Part shown: piece by piece, positions 1 through 12,080 of the stretch
Layout: each line of letters starts with the position of its first letter
Position numbering within the stretch: position 1 is the stretch's first letter
Origin: Cetorhinus maximus
Lineage: Eukaryota
DNA: 64,000 nt
Assembly: GCF_964194155.1 (NCBI RefSeq)
Contig: NC_135903.1
Coordinates: 28,520,001 to 28,584,000, forward strand
Direction of reading: 5' to 3'
The notes under the pieces: model-generated
Told to the model about the DNA's origin: nothing
Database searches by the model: none
The model's input: the letters and a program-made list of their open reading frames with translations, nothing else
Made by a program: the position numbers and the translations under genes

Positions 1-949
1 TGTTGCAAGCATTTTCTGTTTTCTGTCTTTCTCGTGTTCAGTGTCTCCCCTTGTTTGGTTGAGGTCAGGAGCTCGCTGTCCACCATTTCCCCCCTGCCCT
101 TGTTAATTCTTTATCCTGATTGCCAAGACTTATTTTTTTTAAAAATGGGTTACAATCTCTGTTGTTAATCCCAATTCCAGTGCCCTAGTTAAGGATGATA
201 TATGGAGAACAGGGTTGGTATTGTCCTCTGTACTATAATGCTATTTAAGATACCTTTCCCTGTTCTGATAATCAGTAACAATAGACACTTACTTGAATGC
301 TTCAGGCAGATATTAGGGGCTTGTATGATGTTGGACCAATCCTGACAGTTTTCACAACTTTCAGTAGCATTAACATCTTTTTAACAATCCAAAGAGACTG
401 GGTGTTGAGAGAGTGAGGCTGCTCTTCTATTGCTGTGGGAAGCAGAGTTGGACATATTAGACAAATTTCAGAAGATTCTTTGGGAGGAAAAAAGGAAGTG
501 TTTTTTCAGTTAACTTGTATCACTGTTGTGGATTATTATTAAATGCACCATTCTACATCAGTTATCATTTGGAGCTTTGGACGAAGCTGTAAATGCCCTT
601 ACCCATGCACTTGTGTGGATCCTCCTGTCTTGTAATTTGTGTTACAGCAAGCAGTTACTCCATACGCTTTAGATTTCTCAATTCTGGTTGGATGTTTTGC
701 TGAAGATTTTATCTTGTGACGCTCAAATACCCTGTCCGCTCATTTTTGCCCCCATCTCCAATAGTTTTTATATCGAATAAACAAGTGTTAAAAGAAAACT
801 CATGTTTTTTTTTATATCACCATGACCCTTCTCATTGGGAATTAGCCCTTTCCTGCAGACTCTAGGGTGATCCTGGAACATTGACAACCCTAAAACAATG
901 CCAAAAACCATATGATGCCTTCCTTATATAAGATATGCAGTGAGGAAAA

Positions 950-1090
950 AATAGACTTGCAGTTCTAAAGCACCTTTCATGATCACCAGAAGTTTCAAAG
1001 CCCTTTACAGCCAATGAAGTACTTTAGAAATATCGTCACTGTTGTAATGTAGGAAGCATGGCAGCCAATTTGCACAGCAAATTAAAGCAG
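950..1090 (-). mobile_element. 3' part of Deu-domain (SacSINE1/AmnSINE1-like) SINE
   Basis: Reverse-strand match to the copies at 52104-52515 and 63355-63725 (agacttgca...ctttacagccaatgaagtac...cactgttgtaatgtaggaa...gcagccaatttgcacagcaa). Confidence 0.65.
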
Positions 1091-2531
1091 CACAATGGCT
1101 TTTCTAAGGAATTAATTAAAGTCAAACTTTAACTCAAAATCATAGTGGGCATGATTACTTGGGCTGTTTCAGACATAATACTTTTGGTAGTTTCTAGCCA
1201 AAGGAATCATTGGCCATTAATCTTATAGCTAAAACTACAAACCTGTGGGGGTACATTGAATACCAATTATTGCTACTCTTCTAAATGGCAAAGTGGATTA
1301 CACTGACTCTACAGTCGGATATATGGGTAGTTTCAATTATACAGTTTTCAATATCAAAATATGGTGTAAAGAATCGCTTTTGAAATTGGAGAGAAAATTT
1401 GGAAGAGTACTGATTATGCGAGCATTGATAAAATAGATGCATGAAAGACTCTGCTGGAAGGAAAATTGTTGGATATTGGAGGTGAGAACAGAATTGCTTA
1501 TGAGACATCGAGGATTCAGATGCCAGACTATCATAATTTCCAAGTATTTTACACTCATAATATGCACCCAGATTTTCAAGTCAAATTTGCCTTGGCCATG
1601 TATATGCACCTAGCCTTTTGCAGTACTGCGCTCCAAGTTGCTCTTCATTGACAGGAGTAGTGAGCAAACCAGACCAAGCTAAAGGGTCACTTTCCACCAG
1701 AGTTTGTTGAGCGGCAGGCTCCCACGCCCAGTAAAATGTGATCGATCAATCAAACTTTGCATCTGACATGCAGACAAGTTTCTCAGAACAGCAATGTGCT
1801 CTGACTGGTCCTTCATGTTTCACTCACAGACTAATCATTCACACTGGCTGACTTGGGACAGTAAGGTACGTATGCAAGGAATTTACAGGCCTCCCGTTTG
1901 AGTGGACTTGGAATTGGAGCCAATCAGTTTAGCTTCAGCAGCAAACTTGTAAATCAAAAAAAATGATGATTTCTTTCAAAAATTTAAGTTCATAAATGCT
2001 GAAAATAAATCAGAACAAGAGGTGGTTCTCATGCATCAGAAACAGGAAAAAATTAAAAGAAATAGCATTGAAATGCAACAGTTCTACTAAGTATGCATTA
2101 TCATTTACAACATGTCTGGAAAAGATGTTCTTGACCAACTGCAAAAAAAGAAGCCATTTTCATGTGTTACCATGTATAACGTAAACTTATAAAGATTTTT
2201 TACGGAAAATTATATTCAGAAAGCTATGGTAGTAATATTGTCAAAAGGTGGAATAACAAGAAAGGTTGTGTTGGGTACAGAGAGAGGCATGTTGCTACTA
2301 AAATGGTAGTGGTATATTATCAAGGTAGGTCTAGTCCATGATTACTACTATGCCCAAACCAGTTATAGAAGCTGTCAACAAGAAGTCGGTGCCAAGCAGA
2401 ATTCAAGCTCTTGGGAGCTTCGTTTTTTGAACAGTTGTATATTCATCTTTTTGACATCCAACATTTTTGAAATTTACTATCTTGATGGTCTGGCAGTACA
2501 GGATTTCATAGAGAATAACATGGCTTGATAT

Positions 2532-2752
2532 ATAAATAAAAGCAAAATACTACAGATGCTGGAAATGTGAAATAAAAACAAATTGCTGGAAATACTCAAC
2601 AGGTTGGCAGCATCTGTGGAGAGGGAAACTGTTAACATTTTGAGTCAAATATGACTTTTTCAGCGCTCTGAAATTCTGAAGAAGAATAATATTCAACAAA
2701 CATTAATTCTGTCTTCACGTGTTGCTAGACCTGAGTATTTCTAGCACTTTCT
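2532..2752. mobile_element. Older fold-back Penelope-like 3' tail insertion
   Basis: Left arm is the reverse complement of the Penelope 3' end at 42186-42319; right arm is a truncated plus-strand copy; axis near 2660-2676; degenerate TSD catggcttgatat (2519-2531) / cgtgacttggtat (2753-2765), 10/13 identical, all differences transitions. Confidence 0.7.
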
Positions 2753-3176
2753 CGTGACTTGGTATGTGTTGAGAGCGAAATACACTCCTTTGATTCAGAT
2801 GGTGTAAACAGGAAGAGGAAAGCTCAAGCAGTTCAGGACTTGACCTGAATCCAAGATTATTTCAGCCTTTCACACAATTTTCTATTTTTTAAAAAAATCA
2901 CACTTGTAGCTTTCCATTTTCTTTTTTCCCCCCTGTTTCCAAACCCTTTTATTTTGAGATTTGGATCTTCCATCATTGCTAGCAAGCTTTCTTTATCCCC
3001 ATTAGCTGCCACCACTTGAATTGCCAAGTCTGATTATTTTTTAATAACTTCATGAAGCAAGAAGCATTTTTCAAAAGTTTTTTTAAATAGTTTGAAATAT
3101 TTTAAGATGAAAGCAAAATATATTTTGTCTTGGGACAAGAAGAAAGCAGAGAAAAATGCATGCTCTATTATACTTA

Positions 3177-4068
3177 TAACCATAGAAAAGTTACAGCACA
3201 GAAAGAGGTCATTCAGCCCATCATGCCCATGCTGGCCAAAAAAAGAAATTTAATCCCACTTTCCAGCACCTGGCCTGTAGCCTTGCAGGTTACTGTACTG
3301 CACTGCAGGTGCAGATCCAGGTGCCTTTTAAGTGAGTTGAGCGTTTCAGCCTCAACCACCAAATTAGGCAGTGAAGTCCAGATGCCCACCACCCTCTGGG
3401 TAGAAACATTTTTCCTCATGTCCCCTCTAATCCTTCTGTCCAGCACCTTCAAGCTATGCCTCCTAGCAATTGACCCCTCAGCTAGTGGAAACGGGTTTTC
3501 TCTGTCTACGATATCTAGGCCCCTCATAAATTTGTACAGCTCAATTAGGTCACCCATCAGCCATCTTTTCTAAGGAAAACAACCCCAGCCTATCCAATCT
3601 CCTTTGCTGCAGTTTCCAAGCCCTGCCAATACTCTTGTAAACCTCCTCTGCACTTTCTCCAGAGAATTATGCCCTTCCTGTAATGTGACAACCAGAACTG
3701 TGGACACAATTCCAGCAGTGGCCTAGCCAGTGTTTTATACAGTTCCATCATTACATCCTTGCTTTTGAATTCAACACCTCGTCCAATAAATGAAAGCATT
3801 CCATATGCTTTCTTTACCACCTTATAGACCTTCAGGGACCTATACCTATACCACCTTCAGGGACCTGTGGACAAGTTGTCTCACTTCCTCGACCACTCTC
3901 AATATCCTCCTGTTTATTGAGTATTTCCTCGCTTTTGTTTGGCCTCCCCAAATGCATTACCTCTAACATCTCCAGTTTGAATTCCATTTGCTACTTTCCT
4001 GCCCACTCTACAAAACCATTGATATCATTCTGGAGAGAATAGCTAGCCTCTTCACTATAAACTACACA
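3177..4068 (-). mobile_element. CR1 LINE, 3' portion (RT C-terminus and 3' UTR)
   Basis: ORFs 3590-3820 (KAYGMLSFIGRGVEFKSKDVMMELYKTLARPLLE) and 3213-3557 (GDLIELYKFMRGLD...TQRVVGIWTSLP) are typical CR1 ORF2 C-terminal motifs; frameshifted. Confidence 0.92.
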
Positions 4069-4665
4069 GATGCTCTGATGGTCATTTTCCAACCCACACT
4101 GGACACAGACGGGGTACCAGAGGATTGGAGGTCTGCAAACATATCGCCCTTATTTAAAAAGGGTGTGAGGGATAGGCCAGAAAATTATAGGCTGGTCAGT
4201 CTGACTTCGGTGGTGGGCAAATTATTGGAATCAATTCTGAGACACAGGATAAACTATTATTTAGAAAGGCTCTGATTGATCAGGGGTAGTAGGGCATGAT
4301 TTTGTTAGGGGAAGATCATGTCTTACTAACTTAGTAACATTTTTTGAGGAAGTAACAAGGAGGATTGATGAGGGTAGTGCAGTGGATGTTGTCTAAATGG
4401 ATTTTAGTAAGGCATTTGACAAGGTCCCACATGGCAGACTGATCAGAGAAGTAAGATCCCATGGGATACAGGGGAAGGTGGTGAGTTGGATCCAAAATTG
4501 GCTCAGCGACAGGGAACAAAGGTTAATGGTTGATAGATGTTTTTGCAAATGGAAAGCAGTTTCCAGTGGCGTTCCTTCCACAGATCTTTGTTCGGGCCCT
4601 TGCTGTTTGTCATATATATTAATGATTTGGACTTAAATGTGGGAGGCATGATTGGGAAATTTGCG
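4069..4665 (+). mobile_element. CR1 LINE inverted 5' segment (RT N-terminal half)
   Basis: GVPEDWRSANISPLFKKG..PENYRLVSLTSVVGKLLE; DFSKAFDKVPH; SGVP..GPLLFVIYINDLD..GKFA; ends just before the catalytic DD. Confidence 0.92.
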
Positions 4666-7619
4666 CTTCTGTGTACGTTGAATTTTGTCCCAACTATGTA
4701 CAAAACTTATTTCAATAGAATGTTCATTTTATTCTCAACATCTTACACTACTGTGTAAAAAAAAAATCAATTTTTGGCATGTTAAATGACTTGCTGTTAT
4801 GTTGATAAAGGGCCTTTTCCATTTGACATCCTGACACACAAGTTACAGCATCTCCGTGGAAACAATCCTGCGTGCTGTTTAAGTAGCCTGAAGGCAGAAC
4901 CTTTTCAGTTCAGTGGTAAGATTCATTGCTGAAAATGTTGTCAGCATGTTGGAGGGCAACAGTAATATTCTTTAAAAATAAACTCAAATAATAATGGAAG
5001 CTCTCAATACTGAAAACTCATTGCACTTTCTACTGTGCAACATAAATTCAAGAGCACATTTTAAGCTATTGTGTATCTCTTTTTATACAAATATTAATCA
5101 AAGCTTATAAATTGAAAACTGCCCAAGTGTCCAGTTACTACCCACAATGCTCTAAAATTGTTTGAAATAATGGGAGTTGATTTTAACCTATCTACAGTTA
5201 TACAAATGCACAGAAGTCTTTTGGATTTGAAACTCAGCCAGTCAAATTGATCAAAAGAAACATTTCCAATTCTTTTTAATCACCACGTTTTTTCGCAGTT
5301 ACTCATTAAATTCCAAACTAAGATTAGGAACACGGACTTCAAAGTTGAATATTTCACCTCAATGTGGTTAAATTTAACTCAAATTTCCCTTTGTGTCTTT
5401 GACTATCTTTGATTATTGACTCTTTTGACTTGAAAATCTCAGATTCTTAAAAACCGGAGTACTCTGTGCTATTCACATTCAACTAATGCAGCTGTTGTAT
5501 TGTTCCCTGTGTGTTGTAAACATTTCCTTCCTACTCATTCCAGGAGTATTTCCATTTAATGCATCTTTGTTCACATTTTGCCAGACTTTAAATCTAAACT
5601 CTCTATGCCTATTTATAGGCCACAAGTTATTTGGCCCTTTTTTTTGCATAATGCCCCATGGTTTTCTAGTTTCTCTTCAAATTCCAGCTTTTGGGGTGGT
5701 CCCGGTGCGTCTAAGATCATGTTTCTACCCATTGGATTTCTACATGTTTTACACTTGGGCTTACTTACTGGTGCATTATTTCTCTTATGTAATAACGGCC
5801 ATTTTCACAGGTTGAATACATATGACTGAGGCAGTTAACCATTGAAGAATAGAACCTACAGTCACACCCCCATCCCTTCACTGTATCTGATAAACCGTTA
5901 AATAATTCTGGGGATTTTGTCATCACTTCTGTTGTATATTTTATGAGATCTATGCAGAGAAGACGCACCAGCTCTATGCATATAACAGCTTCTAGTCACT
6001 GGTGTAAAATGTCTATTCCATGTTCTAGCTTTCCAACTCTTTCTACAGTTTTGTTTACTGAGTCCACATCCAGGCTTAACCAATCAAGCACATCAATAGT
6101 AAACAGGCTCACATAATCAAACACAGAACAATGGAACACTCCACCCTCTCTTCCTGGAGGTTTGATCCAAATATGAATATACAATATGTCTAGCTAGTGC
6201 AGGCACTACACACCAGATTTCATACTTTGCTACAGATGCAAAACAATATGTTGAGAACTTCTGAGCTGCATCCTGAACTAGAGTGCATTCCAATTTGCAA
6301 GGTTCCTAGACCAAGCAATTAAGTTGACTGGCCTGATTTGGTGTTAACAGTTAAACTTTGTGGCCTTTGTGCAAGGTAGCCTGCTTTAACAGCAAAATCA
6401 TGCACAGTGTTATATGGTATAACCTGTAAAACATCATCTGACTAACCAAAAACAATACCATGGGTAATGTACTAATCTGTGACATATTAAAACCCTTTGT
6501 ATATGCTTCGCAACACTTACTTTCTGAAAATGTCTCAGTTTTGCCATCTCACATTTCCTGAAATACTTTGCCTCAAAGCAAAACAGCAGCAAGTTGTAAC
6601 TTGAGAGGTGGAGAATATTCAAATCAAAAGTGAAGAAAATATCTTACGACTGCTAATGAAAAAGCATGAAGAATTTATGAAACAGCTAATTTTGATTCTG
6701 AATGATCAGACAGGAAAACCTACCAATAAAAGATCACTACACAATTTCCATTAAAGAGGTACTGTGTTCACAGAGGGAAAAAAAACTCTTTGAGGAGGTG
6801 TCACCTGCAAGGACATTTCAATAAGATTTACCTCGTTGCTTTGTGTGTTCAGCCAAAGAATAATTAACACTTTTTGGTGAAAGTGCCCTTTTAAGCACAA
6901 CAATACTCAAAGTACTTGTTCTTCACTTTACCAGCAATATAGCAGAGAAGCTGCTTCATTGGATAGATACAGTCTCACTCCTGCCATTCAAGCTCCAAAC
7001 CTTCTAGTTTATCAGGATGGTCTACCTTGGATACCTCATCTATTTACTGTTGGCTACAGAGGGAGTGTACTTTGCTCTACCTTATGGTTCTGTCATAATG
7101 GATTTTGAACACAACTAAAACACTGCAGAGATGGTGGTTGGTGACCCAATGTTATTTAAATACGTGACTTTCCATATTGTTCAGCTTAATTTTGGATCAA
7201 TGCTACCTCCAGAGGAAGGCCTGACACACTGTGGAGCACAAGCTTTCAAATACTTCTCACAGTTGCCTTGGACTACCATTGAGGAAAAAACTTTTCTAAA
7301 CTGCAATAATACCCACTGCTTCTTAAAATGTGCATATTGCATTTGATGCGTTGTGAAAGAGAATTTTCTGAAGTCATTAATGCCTTGGAGATGTTTAGTG
7401 GGGGTTAGGGGTGATTAAGCAGTAACATCTCACACTAACAAGCCTGTTTGAAAATTCCAGTGCATGTGCTACTGTGACATTCGTGTTTGTTAGGAAATAG
7501 CAGAACTCACTAAAGTGAACCAAAAATTGAAGCCTTTGCCAGAATCAGACTGTTGAATATTCTACTCCCCAATTAAAACTGGTGTGAAAGAAGACTTGAG
7601 CACTGTGCTATTTAAAATG

Positions 7620-7730
7620 AGTGCCTTGGGGAATGAGTTCAAAGTCAAAAGCTGATGGGATGAAAGTCAGTCTTTACTGGCTGTAAGGGCCCTGAATGAA
7701 GTGGATTTGGGAAGCCTTGACCCACAAATC
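7620..7730 (+). mobile_element. Possible LF-SINE-like ancient SINE fragment
   Basis: gagttcaaagtc..ctgatgggatgaaagtc..ctggctgtaagggccctgaatgaagtggatttgg resembles the LF-SINE core as I recall it; highly diverged. Confidence 0.3.
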
Positions 7731-8609
7731 CTTCCCTGTACAATGCTAACTGTAATTCAGTACAATTTAACAGTCAAACAAGTTTTAAGCATATCACCTA
7801 TTTTCATGTAAAGTTGAGAATGAGATTCAGGGAGATGTAGAGAGAAGAAAAATAACAAAGATAATATACTTAAATTGCAGCTACTTACTTTGAGAACTGT
7901 ACTTGTGTTACTTGATGGGGAGCCATCAAGTAACATATATTTGAATTTTGTAAAATAATGCATTTTGTGCTTGGATGCTCTCTAATTAAAATTCCTTCCA
8001 CAGATCATAATTATGTTTAGTTCCCAGTTTCACCACTGATTTTAACTAAACAGAATACAGTTGCTTAGATTTTAAAGTGCTGACTTGCTTTGCTCTATAT
8101 TTGCCCACTTTAGTCACTTGAAGTCCATCTAACAGCCAGGCTAAGTGACATTGTTCAGTCTCACTATTTCCCCTTGAAGCAGTTGTATTTTAAACATATA
8201 TTTTTGATTGAATTCTGCAAACTTGACTGTAATATCTCTCATAACATTGAAAATATAGTTGAGCAGCAAACAACTGACATTCCTTTCCATCAAATACTGA
8301 TGCATGGACACATTACCCATCCACCCCCTCCCCATAATCAATGAGGCTCAGCACATGTATGTACCCTTTCCCCAAAAGACATGCTGATTATTTCACCACA
8401 TAAGGCGACACATCCTCTATCCACTAGAGCATGAGACGCATAGGAACATCAGTTCCACCCCCTCACTAGACACCAGGGCCCCTCTTCCCTACAGCAGATG
8501 CACAAACCCTGCACCAGACTGTGGCCAAACACAAGCCAATCTCGTTCCCTAGAATGCACAAAAGCACTATGTGCTGTTGAGGGATGCATATGCATTCCAC
8601 ACTTTCGGT

Positions 8610-9125
8610 TTGTACTCTGAAGGAACTACAGAGAAGATTTACAAGAATATTGCCAGGACTTGAAAATTGCAGCAATGAAGAAAGATTGGATAGGCTAGGT
8701 TTGTTTTCCTTGGAACAGAGGAGGCTGAGGGGTGACCTAATCGACATGTACAAAATTGAGGGGCCTAGATAGAGTAGACAGGAAAGACCTAGCTGAGAAG
8801 TCAATTATCAGGGGACATAGATTTAACGTGTCTTAAGAAGGATTAGAGGGGACATGAGGAAAAACTTGTTCAACCAGAGAGTGGCGGGCATCTGGAATTC
8901 ACTGCCTAAATTGGTGGTTGCGACTGAAATGCTCAATTCATTTAAAAGACACCTGAAGTTAGGATCTGCACCTGAAGTGCTGTAACCTGCAAGGCTACGG
9001 ACCAAGTGTTGGGAAGCGGAATTAAAAATGAGCACCTAGTTCCTTTCGTCTCTTTTTATCGCTGGCGCAGACACGATGGGCTGAATGGCCACTTTTCTGC
9101 ACTGTAACTTTTCTGTGGTTCTAAA
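8610..9125 (+). mobile_element. CR1 LINE 3' fragment (same family as 3177-4068)
   Basis: [43 protein letters not shown]; 3' UTR ends gggctgaatggcc...ctgtaacttttctgtggttcta. Confidence 0.9.
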
Positions 9126-9444
9126 TATCCACTAGAATAAATGAATGCATACCCACTGCTTCTCCACCAGGAATTGGATGCTATCACCATTTTTCAAAAT
9201 GAATTAGCTATTAATATGGAATAATTAATAAACCTAATCTGTAAAATGATTTCATGCTTACTCAGTGGACCTCCTAATCGATATGCAAAGATAAAACGAT
9301 GACTAGTACGGTACTCAAAAAAAATACACTTTGTGACTCCAACTACAGACATGCATCAACTTGACGGGGAAACTTGGCAGGAGACAGACTACATGTGGAA
9401 AGGGATATCTTGTTTATTTTTTCTGTGGTACAGGACAGAAAACT

Positions 9445-10020
9445 ATCAAAAAGGCTGAGGGAAATGTTGGCCTTTATCACAAAAGAGCCGCTTTACAAAA
9501 GGAAGTTGAGAATATAGAACCTGGGTCAGACCCCACCTGGAGTCTGTGTCTGGTTAGGGCCACTGAGCCTGGAAGAAGATATTGGCCTTGGATTGACCAG
9601 AATAACAGTGGGGCTTAGAGTTAAATTATGCAGACAGATTGCACAAGTTTAGCTTGTATTTCCTTGAGTCTAAAAGATTGAAAGGTGATCAAATTGAGAT
9701 GTTTAAAGGATTTATTAGGTCAGATATAGAGAAACTGTTTCATTGGGGCAGGGGAACAAGAGAAATAATAAAATGACAGCAAGGCCATTTAGGAGGGAAT
9801 TCAGGAAATGTTCTGTCACAGAGGATAATAGAAATCTGAAATTTTCTGCTCTAGAAGCCATGAATGTTGGGACAATTGGAGCTTTGATGATAGAGATTGA
9901 TATTTTTTGTTTTGTTCAGTAAGAGGATCAAAAACGGGTAAATGGAGTTAAGATACAGTTCAGCTATGATCTCATTGAATAGCAGAGTAGGTTCAAGGGC
10001 TGAGGAGTCCTGTCCCTACT
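9445..10020 (+). mobile_element. Old degraded CR1 LINE 3' fragment
   Basis: ggtcagaccccacctggagt (VRPHLE), aaaagattgaaaggtgatcaaattgag (RLRGDLIE), tail cagctatgatctcattgaatagcagagtaggttcaagggc. Confidence 0.75.
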
Positions 10021-11990
10021 GACAGGACATGAAAATTGATACCATTTTCTATCCCTCATTTAACAAAAGACGTAAGCACATTCAAAGCCAAAGCTGCAGT
10101 TAAACTCAGTGAATTGGAATTGGCAAATTAGATAATTGATAAATTTACCAAACTGTCCAGCATGTTGCAATGCCATTTTTAAGCCAGTTCAGTGCACAAC
10201 TTGGGAAACTCCCAATTATTTGTAAAGTTAATAAAATTACTGGTAACCTGCGACTTCTGCTTTAGAAAATTTTTTGATATCTTTCCAAGTATCTATTATG
10301 ATCATATGATGGCAGCATTTGCAAACAGATTCCGATGCTTTGTTCATACCACTTAATTGAACAAAATGGCCTCTAAGATTGTACTGTTTGACAGTTGATG
10401 TAGGATGTGGTGAATGAAACTGGAAATCCACCAAGATGTTAGTCTTTTTTTTAAAACCATCGACACCTTCCAACTTGTACCTGATTATAGTCTGTGTATT
10501 TAACTTATAAATTTTTGCACAGGTTGTCTTATTAAATTATAACATAAATTATTCATCTCCTTGGGGAGGGGGGGGTGAGGTGAGTGGAGACCTTCTGTTG
10601 AAGTAAATGAATTATAGGTGGCGCTGTCCTTCAGTTTAGGCGAAGGGCTGAGGCAACAATTCTTTAAAACAAGTGGAACAACGTAATGAGGCAATGCTTT
10701 CAGAGGAGGGCCTTCTGTTGAAATGGTCAGCAATGTACCATGGGAGCCTAGCGCATCGCCCTGGAAAACTGGTTTCAACCTAATGTGTCCTGACAGCAAG
10801 TTCCTAAGCTAAGCTGTGATGTCACAGAGGTGCTGAGCAAAGCCAAGGCCACTTTACTTTGGAAGGGGCAAGAAGGAAAATCAAAGGGGCAGTTATCCCA
10901 GACTGTGCTTGCTCACCTAGAAGTAGGGTTTACAATTGGGACTAAATGTATTCCTGGAGGTTTTGTCACATGCCATTATTCAGCCAACACATCCATCATT
11001 GTGATGCACTGTCTTCCTACTCCAATTGGAAAGCAAAAAGACTCATTACTCAATTGGATGATGCTTGACTGGTAGTCAAACAGCCTATTTTTTTCCCCCC
11101 CCATTTTCAATATTTTTATATCTGGTAAACAAATGTTCAAAGAAAATGATTTTAAACTATACTTTTTTAATGTCCCTATGATTTCTTTCCAGAGTTGCAC
11201 AGATCTGTGTCCTGGAGATTGCTCTTCAATTCCTGGACACTCTAGGCCAATCCTGGATTGTTGACAACCCTACCAAGAAGCTGTTTATAGGGTAGCGTCA
11301 GGGAGAAGGTTTCATCCACTCCTTCGGAGCTGGGACAGTGCATAGCCTAATGGGAAGGGAAGAAAATCTCTGCACGTCTTTCCTGCTATTGCCTCACAAT
11401 CAGACAAATGAGCAACAGGCTCTAATTTTATACCTCATCATCACTATCACAATCACATGGCAATGATGCAGTCAGCAGCATTATAAAGTTAGATCTAGAA
11501 TACCACAAACACAGGAAATAGGGCTGATTGTGTTTGTCTAGAGTACCCCAGCAATAATGTTACACATGGTTTGATGAAAATCCAGATTGTGGGATTGGTA
11601 TTTAATTAACATTGAAGCAATTTGTCATGTTATTAAATGAAGCATTCTATAGTTTGCTGAAATAAGGGAATTTCAAGCGGCTTGAAGCACAAGGAGCATA
11701 AAATGTGTTATCTTTGTTAATAGCTTGCAAGGTGACATTAAATTTAATCATGCCAATAGATTTGTTTTAAAGTTGAATATGGGATTTTGACAAAAAATAT
11801 AAAGATGCTGCTATTTCTGTGAGAGTTTATCAAACATTTTTTAAAATTCTGATTATTGAAATGTTGTATTGTAAAAGTTAAAGAAAATTGATGGAAATCC
11901 TCTGTTTAATATTTTAGCCAGTTGTCTCAATCAAATCATACCACAATTACAATTGTTGTATTGAGGAATTCTTGGTTTATGTAGAAACAT

Positions 11991-12080
11991 AGAAACTAGG
12001 AATAGGCCATTCGGCCCTTCGAGCCTGCTCCGCCATTCATTATGATCATGGCTGATCATCCAACTCAATAGCCTGCTCCC
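11991..12080 (-). mobile_element. 90-bp CR1 3' tail insertion with 10-bp TSD
   Basis: taggccattcggcccttcgagcctgctccgccattc..atgatcatggctgatc is the reverse CR1 3' end; perfect flanking repeat gtagaaacat at 11981-11990 and 12081-12090. Confidence 0.85.

Noticed and set aside
3130-3573. 147-aa plus-strand ORF (likewise 19321-19596 and 8466-8804)
   Set aside because: Antisense shadows of CR1 ORF2.
10237-10482. Possible host coding exon on the minus strand (78-aa ORF)
   Set aside because: Acceptor lacks a pyrimidine tract, donor is weak, no recognisable domain, no partner exons.
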